Source of the DNA: Gonapodya sp. JEL0774
Taxonomy: Eukaryota
Direction: 5' to 3'
NCBI GenBank assembly: GCA_027604505.1
Contig: JADIIX010000125.1
Coordinates: 1-64,000, forward strand
Length of the DNA: 64,000 nucleotides
The position numbers were made by a program, and so were the translations under genes. Position 1 is the stretch's first letter. Each line of letters starts with the position of its first letter. A model generated the notes under the pieces. The model had not been told where the DNA came from and did no database searches. It saw only the letters and a list, made by a program, of their open reading frames with translations. Shown piece after piece: positions 63,101 through 64,000 of the stretch.

Positions 63101-63742
63101 AATCACAATGTTGACTTTAACGGGAAGTCTTCGGTCTGGTTGCATTTCGTACATGATGGTATACCACCACGTGCGGCAGACGTAGCGGTCCACCACGAAC
63201 CATTCAGGCGTGTGAATATACTGGAATATTTTGCAGAGAACTTCAGGAGGGAAATGAGCGATGGACGCTTGAGGATGGAGGGGGTCTGTAGTCTCGTTCT
63301 TCGCGGCAGCGGTAGCGTCTCTGGTGCCGCGAGAGCGTGTAGGCTGCTATAGGACAAGTACATCAACTTGAAGTTGAGCAGAGCGATTCTGACTCTAGCA
63401 ACTTACTTGGGTTTGAGGCGGTCGACGCGAGGCAGATGCCGATTGCCATTGAACGTCAGCGGGCAACTGTTCCTTTCGGCGTGACCGTTTTGTTGCCGCT
63501 GCAAAACTCTCCCCGGAAGATTCGTCGAGTTTACGTTTCTGAGGTGCAGTTGGGTGTGAGGGAGCTTGAGCGGGTACAGAGTTGACGGGCAAATCCTTGC
63601 AGAGGAGTTGTCGCGTGTCGTTTTTCGGAACATGGTCCGGACTCAGTCTCGTATCCAATCGATCATTCCGATTCCGATGCTGAAGGATACATTGTGGGTG
63701 AGCAGCCGAACACGAAAAACGGAGAGCCCGTTGGTACGGCAA
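60153..63742 (-). CDS. Large multi-exon F-box protein with unrecognised C-terminal region
   Basis: In frame upstream of ORF 62363-63196 is AHFPPEVLCKIFQYIHTPEWFVVDRYVCRTWW, matching the F-box consensus. The splice GTAAGT (~63406)...TATAG joins the upstream exon. Downstream ORFs 61820-62080, 61479-61772 and 60675-61367 probably belong to the same gene. Both termini are uncertain. Confidence 0.7.
60504..60594. other. Assembly gap (10 N) with poly-C runs and low-complexity flanks
   Basis: Read directly from the sequence. Confidence 0.95.
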
Positions 63743-64000
63743 GTGAAAAGACTCGCCTTGGCGGCATTTCTCACAGTCGGTGGATATACGGCCGACGACA
63801 GTGTAACGTGATTTTTCGAGCGAGAGAGACGGGGTGCGGAGAGCGGCGGGGGGACAGGAGGCGATACTGCTTTGCCCACTCGAAACGGAGGTTTTTCGGG
63901 TTCCGATGGACGAAAAGCTTTCCCGGGCACATTTCTCACTGCAGCATGAAGTGGGGATGTTGGTGAGATGGGTTTGGGTGGTGGTTTACGGAGTGGATTG

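Noticed and set aside
1..64000. In-frame UGA selenoproteins (known in some early-diverging fungi), tRNAs and CRISPR-like arrays
   Set aside because: Apparent internal stops in the genes I checked are explained by introns. By eye I saw no UGA at a redox motif, no cloverleaf and no repeat-spacer array. SECISearch and tRNAscan would be needed to exclude these formally.

Overview
Gene-dense eukaryotic DNA with short GT-AG introns (mostly 50-90 nt). The gene content suggests an early-diverging, probably flagellated fungus (Gonapodya-like); this is inferred from gene style only. About 20 protein-coding genes can be modelled by hand: an Lnt-like nitrilase-fold membrane acyltransferase, an FkbM-like methyltransferase, a flavin amine oxidase, a small secreted orphan inside a decayed ~1.7 kb tandem duplication, a GCN4-type bZIP, coiled-coil, Fn3 and ankyrin proteins, an STK33-like kinase, a CE4 polysaccharide deacetylase, SURF1/Shy1, two tandem ankyrin paralogs, a BUR1/CDK9 kinase, a GPI-type GH26, a RING-TRAF E3 and an F-box protein. 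There are two 10-N assembly gaps beside G/C homopolymers. I found no convincing tRNA, rRNA, CRISPR array or intact transposon. The best leads are (i) the Lnt-like acyltransferase sitting directly behind a signal-anchored methyltransferase, (ii) an ATF4-like uORF arrangement ahead of the GCN4-type bZIP, (iii) operon-like spacing of ~100-180 bp between co-oriented genes at 38.8-46 kb, (iv) a 13-nt micro-exon carrying the GH26 catalytic motif, and (v) a tandem duplication containing a local inverted duplication. All exon boundaries and family calls come from manual reading, without database searches.
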